From Candidatus Aminicenantes bacterium (GTDB lineage Bacteria; Acidobacteriota; Aminicenantia; Aminicenantales; Saccharicenantaceae), in contig JABLWX010000025.1 in NCBI GenBank assembly GCA_013178315.1, positions 1 through 59,163 of the forward strand: DNA of 59,163 nt, written 5' to 3'. Positions 27,597 through 38,761 of the stretch are shown here, one piece after another. The notes under the pieces are model-generated. The model did not search any database, had not been told where the DNA came from, and saw nothing but the letters and a program-made list of their open reading frames with translations. The first letter of the stretch is position 1. Each line of letters starts with the position of its first letter. Made by a program: the position numbers and the translations under genes.

Positions 27597-28994
27597 ATGA
27601 GCAACATTACGGCCGGCAACCTCCAGGCGGAAAGAAAGCTACCCCGGGTCCTGACCCGGCTGGACGTGGTCTCCATAGTGATCGGCGGGGTCATTGGCTC
27701 TGGAATTTTCCTGGTACCGGCCAAGATTGCCCTGGAAGTCAAATCGCCAACGGTGATGCTCCTGGTCTGGGTGGTCGGCGGTTTCCTGAGTTTCTTAGGG
27801 GCCCTGGCCTTCGCCGAGCTGGGCGCGGCCATGCCCGAAGCCGGGGGGATGTATGTCTACCTGCGGGAAGCCTACGGACCGCTGCTGTCTTTCCTGTTTG
27901 GCTGGACTCTTTTCCTGGTGATTGACTCCGGGGCCATTGCCACCCTGGCCGTGGCCTTTTCGGCCAATTACCTGCCTTATTTTTTCAAGATGTCACCCCT
28001 GGCTTCCAAGCTGGTAGCCGTGCTGTTCGTCGGCTTCCTGGCTGCCGTGAACTACGTTGGCGTTCGCTGGGGAGCCAACCTGCAGAACCTGCTGACCTTT
28101 ATCAAGACGGCGGCCATCGTCGGCATCTGCGCGGCCATTTTTCTTTTCGGAAAAGGGAATCCGGAAAACCTGGTTGAGCCCCAGCCGGGGAAATTTTCGA
28201 TGGACCTGCTGAGCGCCTTCGGGGTGGCCCTGGTGGCCACCTTCTGGGCTTACAAGGGCTGGGAATCGGCTACCTACAGTGCCGGGGAGGTCAGGCATCC
28301 GGAACGAAACATACCCCTGGGAATCCTGATCGGTCTGACCGCGGTCATTGCCCTCTATCTCCTGGCCAACCTGGCCTACCTGTATGTTCTGCCGGCTTCG
28401 GTTATTGCCCAGACCCCGCGGGTGGCGGCCGAGGCCATGAGGGTGGCGGTGGGCCCGGTGGGGGCCTCCCTCATTTCCTTTATAATCCTGTTCTCGATCA
28501 TGGGCGCGGCCAACCAGAACCTGCTCTGCTCGCCCCGGGTGTATTTTGCCATGTCGCGGGACGGGCTATTTTTCAGGAACATAGCCCGGGTCCATCCCCG
28601 CTACCTGACCCCGCATGTTTCCATAATTGCCATCAGCCTGTGGAGTGTTGTGCTCAGCCTGTCCGGGACGTTCGAACAGCTATTCACCTATGTCGTCTTC
28701 GGGCAATGGCTGTTTTTCGGGCTGACCGGGGCGGCCGTTTTTGTCCTGAGAAAAAAGCGCCCGGAACTGCCGAGGCCTTATAAGACCTGGGGTTATCCGC
28801 TGACCCCGGCTCTCTTTGTCCTGGCCGCCTTCCTGATTTCCCTGAATTCACTTATAAAAGAATTCTGGAACTCACTGGCCGGCCTGGCCATAATTGCCCT
28901 GGGGATCCCGGCTTACTTTTACTGGAAGAGAAAAGAAGCTGCCGGCCCATCAGGTATGGCTGCCGAGAACATGGATACCCGCGCCGGACGGTAG
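27597..28994 (+). CDS. APC-superfamily amino acid permease (LAT/SteT-like)
   Basis: IGSGIF, AELGAAMPEAGG.YVYL, WAYKGWE, GEVRHPERN and RPYK motifs; about 12 TMs. Confidence 0.93.
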   Translation: MSNITAGNLQAERKLPRVLTRLDVVSIVIGGVIGSGIFLVPAKIALEVKSPTVMLLVWVVGGFLSFLGALAFAELGAAMPEAGGMYVYLREAYGPLLSFLFGWTLFLVIDSGAIATLAVAFSANYLPYFFKMSPLASKLVAVLFVGFLAAVNYVGVRWGANLQNLLTFIKTAAIVGICAAIFLFGKGNPENLVEPQPGKFSMDLLSAFGVALVATFWAYKGWESATYSAGEVRHPERNIPLGILIGLTAVIALYLLANLAYLYVLPASVIAQTPRVAAEAMRVAVGPVGASLISFIILFSIMGAANQNLLCSPRVYFAMSRDGLFFRNIARVHPRYLTPHVSIIAISLWSVVLSLSGTFEQLFTYVVFGQWLFFGLTGAAVFVLRKKRPELPRPYKTWGYPLTPALFVLAAFLISLNSLIKEFWNSLAGLAIIALGIPAYFYWKRKEAAGPSGMAAENMDTRAGR

Positions 28995-29022
28995 CCAGGG
29001 TTTTCGGGCGGATTTCCGAGCG

Positions 29023-30390
29023 ATGAAGCGAATCCTTCTAATCCAGCCGCCTCTACAGGATTTTTACACCACGCCCATCCGTCTTTATCCCCTGGGCCTT
29101 CTGTCAGTGGCCTCGGTGCTGAGGGCCTCAGGGTTCGAGGTGGAAATCCTGGACTGTTTGACCCCGCTCCGTCGGAAGTTCCTGCCACTGCCCGAAAAGT
29201 TCTCTTACTTGAAGCCATACCTGGAGTACCCTTATTTTTTCAAGCGCTTTCAGCACTTTGGATTGACAATGGAACAGGTCGTGGCCAGGGTGGGGGAACT
29301 TCGGCCCGATCTCATGGCCATCAACAGTTCCTTTGCCGCCTATTTCAGCACGGTGGCAGAGCTGGTTCGGGCCCTGAAGCGTAAATATAAAATACCGGTC
29401 CTGGTGGGCGGCAACCAGGCCACCTGCTGCCGGGAGGAAATCAAAGCCAGGGTGCCGGAGATTGACCGGGTGCTGGGCGGTCCGGCCGAAAGCTGCCTTC
29501 CATCCTTCTTAAAAAATGAAGGCCTTCTACCCGTGGCAAGCGGACCGGGGGAAGACCAGCCGCTGGACTGGAAAAAGCTGCGACCGTCCCACGAGCTGCT
29601 GGCGCCGGGGCTTTACCGCATCGGTAAGAAAAATTACCTGTCGCTCCAGGCCAGCCGGGGCTGCCCGCAGAACTGTTCGTTCTGCAACGTCCACCTGGTT
29701 TTTGGAAGGCGGACGGAATACCGCCCGGTTTCTTCTGTGCTGGAAGAGATGCGCTGGAATTACAGTTATCGCAACGTCCGGCTGTTTAACTTTGAAGACG
29801 ATAACCTGAGCTTCGACCGTAACTGGCTGGTCGAGTTCCTGGAAGCGGTGGCCGCCGACCCGGAGCTTCAGGGCAGCGAGCTGACCTTCATGAATGGCCT
29901 GGGTTATGAAAATTTGGATGAAAACCTGCTGGAATTGATGAAGCGGGCCGGGGTCAGGAAGCTCGACCTGTCCTGGGTATCCGGTAACCCGGCCGTAAGG
30001 CAGCAGCATCACCGGCCGCAGAAAAAGGATGAAGCTGAATTTTTCGAGCTGGTCAAGATAGCCCGGCGGCTGGGATTTTTCGTCACCGTTTACCTGATCC
30101 TGGGGCTTCCCGGCCAGACCAGGGAAGAGATAGTGACCACAACCGAGAAACTGCTGGAGGCCGGGGTGCTGGTCGGTCCCTCGGTCTTTTACCTGACGCC
30201 CGGGAGCGAGTTGCAGCGGAGCCTGGAGCTTCCGCCTGAGATTGCCGGAGATTGGGACATGTACCGGGCCACGGCCTTTGCCGTGGAGACGAAAGAGCTT
30301 AGGCGCAGCGACCTGGTTGAGCTTTTCCTCTACATCAGGAAACGCAACCTGGAAAGAAAGACCCGGGCTTTCAGAATTTCAACTTCCTGA
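29023..30390 (+). CDS. B12-binding radical SAM protein
   Basis: N-terminal LLIQPP..PLGLL..VGG B12 domain; SRGCPQNCSFC (CxxxCxxC); FEDDN and ILGLPGQT motifs. Confidence 0.92.
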   Translation: MKRILLIQPPLQDFYTTPIRLYPLGLLSVASVLRASGFEVEILDCLTPLRRKFLPLPEKFSYLKPYLEYPYFFKRFQHFGLTMEQVVARVGELRPDLMAINSSFAAYFSTVAELVRALKRKYKIPVLVGGNQATCCREEIKARVPEIDRVLGGPAESCLPSFLKNEGLLPVASGPGEDQPLDWKKLRPSHELLAPGLYRIGKKNYLSLQASRGCPQNCSFCNVHLVFGRRTEYRPVSSVLEEMRWNYSYRNVRLFNFEDDNLSFDRNWLVEFLEAVAADPELQGSELTFMNGLGYENLDENLLELMKRAGVRKLDLSWVSGNPAVRQQHHRPQKKDEAEFFELVKIARRLGFFVTVYLILGLPGQTREEIVTTTEKLLEAGVLVGPSVFYLTPGSELQRSLELPPEIAGDWDMYRATAFAVETKELRRSDLVELFLYIRKRNLERKTRAFRISTS

Positions 30391-31459
30391 TTTTTTGGTG
30401 GGCTGTTTCCTGCTCTTCGGCCGGTAGATACTTTTTGGGAATGCGGGCCACGACCGTGTAGTTCGGGTCGACCACCTGGGCGATCCGGGCCTCCCCGACC
30501 TGGGAGAGAAGCTGGTAGGCATCCATCGTTTCCAGGTGGTAATCGCTCACCAGCCAGTCGACAAGGTCCCGGTGGGCTATCCTGAAAGCGTCTTCCAGTG
30601 GCCGGTAACTGCCGAGGCTCATGAGAAATTCGTCGCTCTCGATTCTCGGCCAATCGATCTTCCTGTTCTTGACAAGGTCCACGTAAAGAACGGCTTTCAT
30701 GGCCGCCTCCACTGCCGTTCCGATTATTTCTCCTTCACCCTGTACCAGGTGACCATCGCCGAGAAAGAGAAGGGCCCCCTTCACGTTAACCGGGAGATAG
30801 ATGGTATGACCGGGCCGGACCTCGGGTGAATCCAGGTTGCCGCCGAAGGCCTCGGGCACCACCGTGGTCCTGACTTCATTATCGGCCGGGGCCACGCCCA
30901 GGCAGCCCAGAAACGGCTTGACCGGCAGTTCGCAGGAAAAGTTCCCCTGTCGGGCCCGGAACCGGACGGTTCCTTTCTTTTTATCAACCTGGTACCACCA
31001 GACTGTCTCCGGGAGGGGAGGGTTGAGCAGGGCGGTGTACCGGGTTGAGGTCAGTATTCCGAATCCCGGGAAATAGCTGCTGATGGCGTAATCGCGGACC
31101 GGTTCCAGGGAAATAAGATGGACGACCAGGGTATCGCCGGGCTCGGCGCCCTCGATGTAAAAAGGTCCGGTCTGAGGGTTGTCGTGGCCGGGCGGGATGA
31201 CCGCGGTCGGTAAGTCACCGGGTTTTTTGACCCGGCCGTCGTAGCAGTCTTCGGTATAGGTTTCTATGACGGTGCCGGGCCTGACCTTCATCACCGGGCG
31301 GCTCTGGCCGAAGGTATACTTGAAATCATCAGGACCCGGCCGGTAGGTTACCCTCTTGACCTGGGAATAAAGGGCCGTGGATGATATGGCCCAGGTTGTT
31401 AGAGCCAGGATTAAGAAGAAAACCAGCGGGCCGGGTCTTTGAGTTCTGATATTATTCAT
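30371..31459 (-). CDS. Acetamidase/formamidase (FmdA/AmdA) family protein with a signal peptide
   Basis: TGPFYIEGAEPGD, PFLG..GVAP, GGNLD and GDGH..QGEGE motifs; hydrophobic N-terminus. Confidence 0.9.
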   Translation of the reverse strand: MNNIRTQRPGPLVFFLILALTTWAISSTALYSQVKRVTYRPGPDDFKYTFGQSRPVMKVRPGTVIETYTEDCYDGRVKKPGDLPTAVIPPGHDNPQTGPFYIEGAEPGDTLVVHLISLEPVRDYAISSYFPGFGILTSTRYTALLNPPLPETVWWYQVDKKKGTVRFRARQGNFSCELPVKPFLGCLGVAPADNEVRTTVVPEAFGGNLDSPEVRPGHTIYLPVNVKGALLFLGDGHLVQGEGEIIGTAVEAAMKAVLYVDLVKNRKIDWPRIESDEFLMSLGSYRPLEDAFRIAHRDLVDWLVSDYHLETMDAYQLLSQVGEARIAQVVDPNYTVVARIPKKYLPAEEQETAHQKIRKLKF

Positions 31460-31590
31460 GTTGCCATCTCCTTGCTCTTCTGAATTTACAATATTTGGCT
31501 GAAGAAATCATCTGGCTTTCCGAACGGCCGGGCTTAACCCGGTTCGCCCCGGCTCCGGAGACTGGGGCCCGGGCCAGCCGCAAACCGGGA

Positions 31591-31614
31591 ATATATGAAT
31601 GGCCATTCATATAT
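31591..31614. promoter_or_regulatory. Perfect 24-bp palindrome, probable transcription-factor operator
   Basis: ATATATGAATGG|CCATTCATATAT in the hutI-formamidase intergenic region. Confidence 0.6.
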
Positions 31615-31711
31615 CGGCGGTTAAAAGTCAGGTTGGGCAGATTCCAGATGGAAACAATTTATGGAATAAAGAAGAGATTGAGGAAAGGACAGGAATTGAC
31701 CCGGCTGCGAT

Positions 31712-32986
31712 TCACCCGGTGAGGCGGCCGTCTTCGACCGCCACCCGGCCGGCCTTGATGACCGTTTTGACCGGGTTGCGGCCCAGCTCATAGGCCAGGG
31801 AAAGGTAGGAAGGAAGGTCGCAGAGAATGAGGTCAAAATCCTTTCCGGGCTCAAGCGAGCCGCAACGGTCCTGGCGGTCTATGGCGTAGGCGGCATTGAT
31901 GGTGCAGGCATTGATGGCTTCCTCCACCGTCAGCCGCAGGGTGAAGACGCCGAGCTGAAGCACGAAAAGCATCGACAGAAGGTGAGAGCTGCCCGGGTTG
32001 AAATCACTGGCCAGGGCCACGATGGCTCCCCGGTCGAGGAGTTCCCGGGCCGGAGCCCTTTTTTCCATCATCAGGAAGAAAGATACTCCGGGGAGTAGCA
32101 CGGCCGCGGTCCGGCTGCGGCTAAGTTTTTCCACTCCCGCGGATGTAATGTTTATGAGATGCTCGACCGAGCGGGCGCCAAGCTCGACCGCCAGCTCGGT
32201 GCCGCCGATGGGCACGAACTCGTCGGAATGAATCTTGAGCTTGAAGCCGAGCCTCAGGGCCGCTTCGGCCAGCTCCCTGGTTTCTTCCAGGGTGAAGACC
32301 GTCGGCTCGCAGAAGATGTCGAAGAATTCAGCCAGCCGGCGGCGCCTCACCTCCGGCATGACCCTGTTTATTAATAATTCAATATAGGCCCTTCGTTCTG
32401 CTCTGTATTCCGGTGGAATTTCATGGGCACCCATGAAGGTCGGCACCAGGCTGACCGGCTGCTCGGCCTCCAGCTCCCTAACCACCTCCAGCTGCTTGAT
32501 TTCATCTTCGAAGTTCAGCCCGTACCCGCTCTTGGCTTCGACCGTGGTTGTCCCGTTGAGCAACATGGTCTGGAGCCGCTTCCGGCAGAGGTCCTTGAGT
32601 TCCTCCCGGCTGGCTTCCCTGGTGGCGCGGACCGTGGTCTGGATGCCCAGGCCCATGGCCGCCAGCTGCTGATAGGTGTATCCCTGGAGACGCAGTGAGA
32701 ATTCCTTCTCCCGGTTGCCGGCAAACGGCAGGTGAGTATGGCAGTCGACCAGGCCGGGCAGCCCGACCAGGCCCCGGCCGTCTATAACCCTGGCTCCCTC
32801 CACAAGTTTGACCTTCTCCCGGAATTCTTTTTCCGGGCCGATAAAGACAATTTTGCCCTGGCAGCCGGCAATCCAGGCCTTTTCCAGCAGGCCGACCTCC
32901 CGCATGGCCGGTCCGGTCCTGGGGACCGGTCCACCGCAGGTCAGGAGCTGGTCGAGGCCAGCCACCACCAGGTCAGCGCAGGTCAT
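31712..32986 (-). CDS. hutI: Imidazolonepropionase
   Basis: [34 protein letters not shown] and ASDFNPGS motifs. Confidence 0.95.
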   Translation of the reverse strand: MTCADLVVAGLDQLLTCGGPVPRTGPAMREVGLLEKAWIAGCQGKIVFIGPEKEFREKVKLVEGARVIDGRGLVGLPGLVDCHTHLPFAGNREKEFSLRLQGYTYQQLAAMGLGIQTTVRATREASREELKDLCRKRLQTMLLNGTTTVEAKSGYGLNFEDEIKQLEVVRELEAEQPVSLVPTFMGAHEIPPEYRAERRAYIELLINRVMPEVRRRRLAEFFDIFCEPTVFTLEETRELAEAALRLGFKLKIHSDEFVPIGGTELAVELGARSVEHLINITSAGVEKLSRSRTAAVLLPGVSFFLMMEKRAPARELLDRGAIVALASDFNPGSSHLLSMLFVLQLGVFTLRLTVEEAINACTINAAYAIDRQDRCGSLEPGKDFDLILCDLPSYLSLAYELGRNPVKTVIKAGRVAVEDGRLTG

Positions 32987-34196
32987 TGGGCGTTTTCCTC
33001 ATCGGGCTCTGCTTGGTTTTCCTGATGAAGGCCGGGGTATTGAGCTCGTTCCAGTCGATTTCGGAAGGAGCGGGGTCCATGATAGCCGGAGCAGCCTGCC
33101 CGCCCTTGGGTTCAAACAGGTAGGGCGGGGTATCGCCCTTGACCATAACGGAGGTTTGAGTCGGTGGGTTGCTGGCCGGCCTTCTGATGATTTCCGGAGT
33201 GGCGGTCCGGGGTTTTTTACGGTCGAAGCCGGTGGCAATCACCGTGACCTTGATGGTCTCCCGGACTTCTTCATCCAGAACTGTTCCGAATATTATGTTG
33301 GCTTCCGGGTCGGCCAGGCTGGTAATCAGGTCGGAGGCCTTGGACACTTCGTGCAGGGTCAGGTCCTTGCCTCCGGTGATGTTGATGAGCACACCCCGGG
33401 CTCCCTCTATTGAAGTATCTATGAGCAGCGGGCTGCTGATGGCTTTCTGGGCTGCCTCCACCGCCCGGTTTTCCCCGCTGGCGATGCCGGTGCCCATGAA
33501 GGCCATGCCCATGCCCTTCATGATGGACTTGACGTCGGCAAAATCAAGGTTGATCAGGCCGGGCCTGGTGATCAGGTCGGAGATACCCTGGGCCGCCTGG
33601 CGCAGGACATCGTCGGCCATGCGAAAGGCTTCGGGGATGGTGGTATCCAGGTTGACGGTGTCAATCAGCCTCTGGTTGGGAATGGCGATGACCGTATCCA
33701 CCACCGCCTTGAGCTCCTGCAGGCCCTCTTCGGCCTTCTTGGCCCTGATCCTGCCCTCGAAGGCAAAGGGCATGGTGACGATGGCGATGACCAGCAGGCC
33801 CATCCCGGAGGCCAGGTTGGCGATGACCGGGGTAGCCCCGGTCCCCGTGCCGCCACCCAGGCCGGCGGTCAGGAAGACCATGTCGGCGCCTTCCAGGATC
33901 TCGGCCAGGTGCTCGGTGTCCTCTTCCGCCGCCTGGCGGCCGACCTCGGGGTCGCCGCCCGAGCCGAGGCCCTTGGTCAACTTGGTTCCGATCTGGATCT
34001 TGAGGTGGGCCCGGTTGTTGTTCAGGGCCTGGCGGTCGGTGTTGATGGCGATGAATTCCACTCCCTCGATTCCGCTCTCGATCATCCGGTTGACGGCGTT
34101 ACCGCCGCCGCCGCCGATGCCTATCACCTTGATCTTTGCTCCCGGGTTTTCTTCAGCCAGGTGAAACTTGATTTTGTTGCCGAAGTCATCGCGCAT
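32973..34196 (-). CDS. ftsZ: Cell division protein FtsZ
   Basis: GGGGGNA, GGGTGTG, NLDFADV and C-terminal LNTPAFIRK; ATG 34196 has RBS AAGGAGG. Confidence 0.98.
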   Translation of the reverse strand: MRDDFGNKIKFHLAEENPGAKIKVIGIGGGGGNAVNRMIESGIEGVEFIAINTDRQALNNNRAHLKIQIGTKLTKGLGSGGDPEVGRQAAEEDTEHLAEILEGADMVFLTAGLGGGTGTGATPVIANLASGMGLLVIAIVTMPFAFEGRIRAKKAEEGLQELKAVVDTVIAIPNQRLIDTVNLDTTIPEAFRMADDVLRQAAQGISDLITRPGLINLDFADVKSIMKGMGMAFMGTGIASGENRAVEAAQKAISSPLLIDTSIEGARGVLINITGGKDLTLHEVSKASDLITSLADPEANIIFGTVLDEEVRETIKVTVIATGFDRKKPRTATPEIIRRPASNPPTQTSVMVKGDTPPYLFEPKGGQAAPAIMDPAPSEIDWNELNTPAFIRKTKQSPMRKTPNDLR

Positions 34197-34206
34197 GTTT
34201 GCCTCC

Positions 34207-35427
34207 TTATTCATTGAACCAGTCTTTAATCCTGGTCCAGAAGCCTTTCTTTTTGTCCTTGATAAAACCGCGTTCCTTGATCTGGTTGTATCCGTAAAGG
34301 ATGAGCCCGACAGCCGTGGCGTAATCGGGCGTGCTGACGCGGTCGATCAGCCCGCCTATGTAGTTGGGGTCGCCCCGCCTCACCGGCAGGTCGAAGATTT
34401 CCTCGGCCACCTCTTCCAGGCCGTCCAGCAGGGCGGTGCCCCCGGTCAGGACCAGCCCGGAGTTGAGCGACTTTTCGTAGCCCATCCTCTTGATGTCGGA
34501 GTCCACCAGGCGGAAGATTTCCTCGGCCCGGGGCTGGATGATGTCGGCCAGTATCTGCCGGGACATCACCCGCGATTTCCGGCCCTTGCCGACAGTCGGA
34601 ACTTCAATGGTGTCCTGTTCCTCGGTTACCGGCAGGGCCACGCAGCCGTATTTCTTCTTGATCTTCTCGGCGTCGGGAATGGGGGTGCGCAGCCCGACGG
34701 CTATATCGTTGGTGAAGTTATCGCCACCCAGCGGGATGGTCGAGGTGTACCAGAGGGCACCGCGCTCGAAGATGGCCACCTCGGTGGTGCCGGCCCCGAT
34801 GTCGATCAGGCCGACGCCCAGCTCCCGCTCGTCGTGGGTCAGCACCGAGTGGCTGGTGGCGATCTGGTTGAGGACTATTTCCTGGATGCCGATTCCGGCC
34901 CGGTCCAGGCAGTTCTTCAGGTTCTGGATGGAGGTGATGGCCGAGGTGACGATATGGACGTTGACCTCGAGCTTTATTCCGCTCATGCCCAGCGGGTCCT
35001 TTATTCCGTCCTGTTCGTCCACGATGAATTCCTGGGGGATGATGTGGATTATTTCCCGGTCGGGTGGAATGGACAGGGCCCGGGCCTGGTCGATCACCCG
35101 TCGGATGTCCTCGCGGGAAATCTCCCGGTTCTTGCCGGACACGGCCACCACCCCGCGGCTGTTGAAGCTCTTGATGTGCGAGCCGGATATGCCCACGTAA
35201 GCCGATTCTATCTCCACGCCGGCCATCAGCTCGGCTTCTTCCTGGGCCCTTTTTATGGCCGAGATGGTCAGGTCCAGGTTGACCACCACTCCCTTCCTGA
35301 TGCCCTTTGATTCGGCCACCCCGATACCGATGATTTCAACCTTCTGTTCTTCGGTGATTTCTCCGATGATGGCCACCGTCTTCTTGGTGCCGATATCCAG
35401 ACCTACCAGATAGTTGTTTCTGGCCAT
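34207..35427 (-). CDS. ftsA: Cell division protein FtsA
   Basis: GLDIGT, DPLGMSG, DIGAGTT and LTGG motifs; amphipathic C-terminal helix FWTRIKDWF. Confidence 0.97.
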   Translation of the reverse strand: MARNNYLVGLDIGTKKTVAIIGEITEEQKVEIIGIGVAESKGIRKGVVVNLDLTISAIKRAQEEAELMAGVEIESAYVGISGSHIKSFNSRGVVAVSGKNREISREDIRRVIDQARALSIPPDREIIHIIPQEFIVDEQDGIKDPLGMSGIKLEVNVHIVTSAITSIQNLKNCLDRAGIGIQEIVLNQIATSHSVLTHDERELGVGLIDIGAGTTEVAIFERGALWYTSTIPLGGDNFTNDIAVGLRTPIPDAEKIKKKYGCVALPVTEEQDTIEVPTVGKGRKSRVMSRQILADIIQPRAEEIFRLVDSDIKRMGYEKSLNSGLVLTGGTALLDGLEEVAEEIFDLPVRRGDPNYIGGLIDRVSTPDYATAVGLILYGYNQIKERGFIKDKKKGFWTRIKDWFNE

Positions 35428-36278
35428 TAACTTACCTCCTTTTTCTGCCCCCTGGACTCGCTGGCCGAAAGTTCCAGGGGCTTGACGTAGGCCCGTCCCT
35501 GGATCCTCAGGTCAACATACTCCAGCGGGCCGAACAGCCGGGCCCAGGCTTCTCTGTTTGCCAGGTAGAAGGGCAACTGTTCCTGGAAATTTTCGGCGTT
35601 GATGATGACCCGGACCGGGTCCTCGGCCAGCTCCACTTCCAGCTGTCCATCAGCCTTAAAAATCAGGCGGCGGATGAGCTGCCTGGCTTCGGGAGACAGA
35701 CCGCTGAGGGCCTGGCCGGCCAGCCTGACCTTGTCCTGGTAGGCCAGGTTGAAACCGGCATCATCTTCCAGGACCGGATAGGCCGGGTCAGAAGGTTCAG
35801 CTTCGCTTCTGATGACCTTGCCTTCTTCATCCACCAGGAAGAACAGACCCCGGTGGACATAGAACCTCGGTGTCCTGGGATAGACTTCAACCCGAAGGGT
35901 AGAGGGCAGAATCTTTTCCGCCCGGACTTCCTTGACCCCGGGCAACGAGGTCAGGTTCAGCCGGAGATAGTCCAGGTTGCAGATCAGGATGTTGCCGGGG
36001 TTCCGGCTCAACAGGAAATTTTCCACCCGCTGCTTGAGCTCCGGGCTGGATGATATGACTTCAACCTTCTTGATTCTGAGTTCATCACAGGTAATAAGGT
36101 AATAATACAGCTGGGCCACACCCAGAAACAGAACGATCACAGCGAAGAAGAGACCGAGGAGATGAGTCCAGCGCAGCGGCTTTTTGCCGCTCTTGCTCCT
36201 GGGCCCGACGGCCCGGGCCGAACGGTGGAAAACCACGGCCCCGGCAGCGTTCAGGGGATATCCATTTTCAACGGCCAT
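35427..36278 (-). CDS. ftsQ: Cell division protein FtsQ/DivIB
   Basis: TM, POTRA-like domain, YVDLR motif; immediately upstream of ftsA. Confidence 0.88.
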   Translation of the reverse strand: MAVENGYPLNAAGAVVFHRSARAVGPRSKSGKKPLRWTHLLGLFFAVIVLFLGVAQLYYYLITCDELRIKKVEVISSSPELKQRVENFLLSRNPGNILICNLDYLRLNLTSLPGVKEVRAEKILPSTLRVEVYPRTPRFYVHRGLFFLVDEEGKVIRSEAEPSDPAYPVLEDDAGFNLAYQDKVRLAGQALSGLSPEARQLIRRLIFKADGQLEVELAEDPVRVIINAENFQEQLPFYLANREAWARLFGPLEYVDLRIQGRAYVKPLELSASESRGQKKEVS

Positions 36279-37668
36279 GGTCTTTTTCTCCCTGCAACAG
36301 TCTTATCGTTTCCGGAATGATCCGGCTGATATTTCCAGCTCCCAGGACGAGGAGCATATCGTTCGGGGCGAGAATTTCCGCCAGCCTCTCGGGGATCCGG
36401 TTCAGGACTGGCTCAAAGAGGACATTCTTGTGACCGAATTGCCTGATGGCCTCGAACAGGGCCTGGCCGCTGACTCCCTCGATGGGGTCTTCGCCGGCGG
36501 CATAGATTTCGGTCACCAGGAGGATGTCAGCCTGGTTGAAGGCGGTGGCAAAATCGGGGAGCAGCCTGGCCAGCCGGCTATAGCGGTGGGGCTGGAATAC
36601 GGCCACCAGCCTTCTGTCCCAGCCGGTTCGAGCCGCCTCCAGGGTGGCCCGGATTTCGGTCGGGTGGTGGGCATAATCCTCGATGACCATGATGTCCCCG
36701 ACCAGGCCCTTCAGCTCAAACCGGCGGCCGGTTCCGGAGTATTCCTCCAGGGCCTTGAGAATGGTCCGGGCCGGGATGTCCAGGTCCAGGCCCACGGCCG
36801 TGGCCGCCATGGCGTTCAGGATATTGTGCTTTCCAGGAACGTTGAGCTTCAGGCGTCCCAGCCGCTGTCCAGAGGCATACAGCGTTGACTGGCTGGAGAA
36901 CTCCGAGAAGGTAAAATCCCTGGCCTGGATGTCGGCCTGTGTACTGAAGCCGTAGGTGATGATCTTCCTTTCCAGGTCGGGAATGATCGACTGCAGGTTG
37001 GGGTCATCCAGGCAGAGGATGACCGGGCAGTAAAAGGGAACCTTGTTGGCGAAGCTGACAAAGGTCTTCTTGATTTCGTCCAGGGTGCCGTAGTGGTCCA
37101 GGTGCTCGGCGTCGATGTTGGTCAGGACCGCGATGAAGGGGGAAAGGTAAAGGAAAGAGCGGTCGCTTTCGTCGGCCTCGGCCACGATGAAATCACCCTC
37201 GCCCAGGCGGGCGTTAGCTCCCAGGGTATTTAGCCGGCCTCCGACTATCACCGTCGGGTCGAACCCGGCCACTTCCAGCACCATGGCCGTCATGGAAGTG
37301 GTGGTGGTCTTGCCATGGGCCCCGGCCACTGCAATACCGTATTTCATCCGCATCAGCTCGGCCAGCATCTCGGCCCTGGGTATGACCGGGATCTTGCGGG
37401 CCCGGGCCTCGAGCACCTCAACGTTGTCCTCGCGCACCGCGGAGGAGATAACCACGACATCAGCCTGGCCGACATTTTCGGCGGCATGGCCACGGTGAAT
37501 TACGGCTCCGAGCCTGGTCAGCCTCAGGGTGGCTTCATTTTCCTGCAGGTCCGAGCCGGAGACCTGGTAACCGAGATTGAGCAGGACCTCGGCGATGCCG
37601 CACATGCCGGTGCCGCCAATGCCAACCATGTGAATGCGGTTCAACTTACGGTAACCTTTCTTAACCAC
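36268..37668 (-). CDS. murC: UDP-N-acetylmuramate--L-alanine ligase
   Basis: [27 protein letters not shown] and FQPHRYSR motifs. Confidence 0.97.
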   Translation of the reverse strand: MVKKGYRKLNRIHMVGIGGTGMCGIAEVLLNLGYQVSGSDLQENEATLRLTRLGAVIHRGHAAENVGQADVVVISSAVREDNVEVLEARARKIPVIPRAEMLAELMRMKYGIAVAGAHGKTTTTSMTAMVLEVAGFDPTVIVGGRLNTLGANARLGEGDFIVAEADESDRSFLYLSPFIAVLTNIDAEHLDHYGTLDEIKKTFVSFANKVPFYCPVILCLDDPNLQSIIPDLERKIITYGFSTQADIQARDFTFSEFSSQSTLYASGQRLGRLKLNVPGKHNILNAMAATAVGLDLDIPARTILKALEEYSGTGRRFELKGLVGDIMVIEDYAHHPTEIRATLEAARTGWDRRLVAVFQPHRYSRLARLLPDFATAFNQADILLVTEIYAAGEDPIEGVSGQALFEAIRQFGHKNVLFEPVLNRIPERLAEILAPNDMLLVLGAGNISRIIPETIRLLQGEKDHGR

Positions 37669-38761
37669 GATCGCCTCCTGCGCGGGTCTTCATCCTCTCC
37701 AGACAGAGACCGGCAATTTTTTCGGCCACGCCCTCCGGCCGCAATTTTTCCAGGTTCTCTTCCATCCGGTCGAGAACTTCTTTATGGCCCAGGTAGTATT
37801 TTATTTTTTCGGCCAGCAGCCCGGGCTCGAAATCCTTTTCCAGGATGACCTCGGCCCCGCCGGCCTTTTCCAGCTCGCGGGCGTTGAATTCCTGGTGGTT
37901 GTCGGCGGCGGCAGCAAAAGGCACCAGCAGGGCTGGCTTCCGGCCGGCCACCAGCTCGGCGCAGGTGGTGGCTCCGGCCCGGCAGATGACCAGGTCGGCT
38001 CTGGCCAGGTAGTCGGCCATGGGTGAGAAAAAGGCAGCCACCACCGCCCGGGAAAAGCCGTGCTCCCGGTAGGCCCGGCTAACCCGGTCGAAGTCTCTTT
38101 CACCTGTCTGGTGGTAAATGACCAGGGAATCCCTGAGTTCCTCAAGCTCATCGAGAGACTCAATCAGCCGGTCGTTCAGGAATTTCGAGCCCTGGCTACC
38201 GCCGAAAATCAGCAGGGTCAGGGCCTGCTCTCTCCGCTTTCTTGGAATTTCATAGAATTCCGGACGGACCGGGTTGCCCACCAGCACTGCCTTGTCCCCG
38301 AAATAGGTGAGCGAGCTGGCGAAGGAAACCACCACCAGGTCGACAAAGCGACCGAGCTTGCGGTTGGTGAAGCCGGGCAGGGCATTCTGTTCCAGGATGA
38401 CCGTTGGCTTTTTCATCAGGGCGGCCAGCAGCACAATCGGCCCGGAGCTGAAGCCGCCCACCCCGATTACCAGGGCGGGACGGAACCGCAACAGTACGTA
38501 GAATGACTTAAGAAAAGCCAGCGGGAGAAGGACCAGGCCCCGCAGCTTCTTCAGTCCCCGGCCCTTGAGTCCTTCCACGGGCAGGGTCAGGAAGCGGTTG
38601 ACCTCGGCCGACATGATCTTTTTTTCCACGGCCCTGGAACTGCCGACGTAGACCAGCCGGAGGTCGGGTCGCAGGCGGAGCAGGGTGCGGCCCAGGACCA
38701 GGGCCGGGTAGAGGTGCCCGCCCGTGCCACCACCGCTGATGATCACCGTCTCCTGTTTCAT
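37661..38761 (-). CDS. murG: Lipid II GlcNAc transferase
   Basis: GGGTGGH, EQN, GNPVR, GGSQG, RAGA and HQ..NA motifs. Confidence 0.97.
   Translation of the reverse strand: MKQETVIISGGGTGGHLYPALVLGRTLLRLRPDLRLVYVGSSRAVEKKIMSAEVNRFLTLPVEGLKGRGLKKLRGLVLLPLAFLKSFYVLLRFRPALVIGVGGFSSGPIVLLAALMKKPTVILEQNALPGFTNRKLGRFVDLVVVSFASSLTYFGDKAVLVGNPVRPEFYEIPRKRREQALTLLIFGGSQGSKFLNDRLIESLDELEELRDSLVIYHQTGERDFDRVSRAYREHGFSRAVVAAFFSPMADYLARADLVICRAGATTCAELVAGRKPALLVPFAAAADNHQEFNARELEKAGGAEVILEKDFEPGLLAEKIKYYLGHKEVLDRMEENLEKLRPEGVAEKIAGLCLERMKTRAGGDRG

Noticed and set aside
31495-31854. Small ORFs (64-77 aa) in the hutI-formamidase gap
   Set aside because: No RBS or motif; they overlap the palindrome or the hutI 3' end.
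33169-35310. Long + strand ORFs (331, 380 and 236 aa) antisense to ftsZ/ftsA
   Set aside because: Shadow ORFs expected from strong GC3 codon bias; no recognisable motifs.
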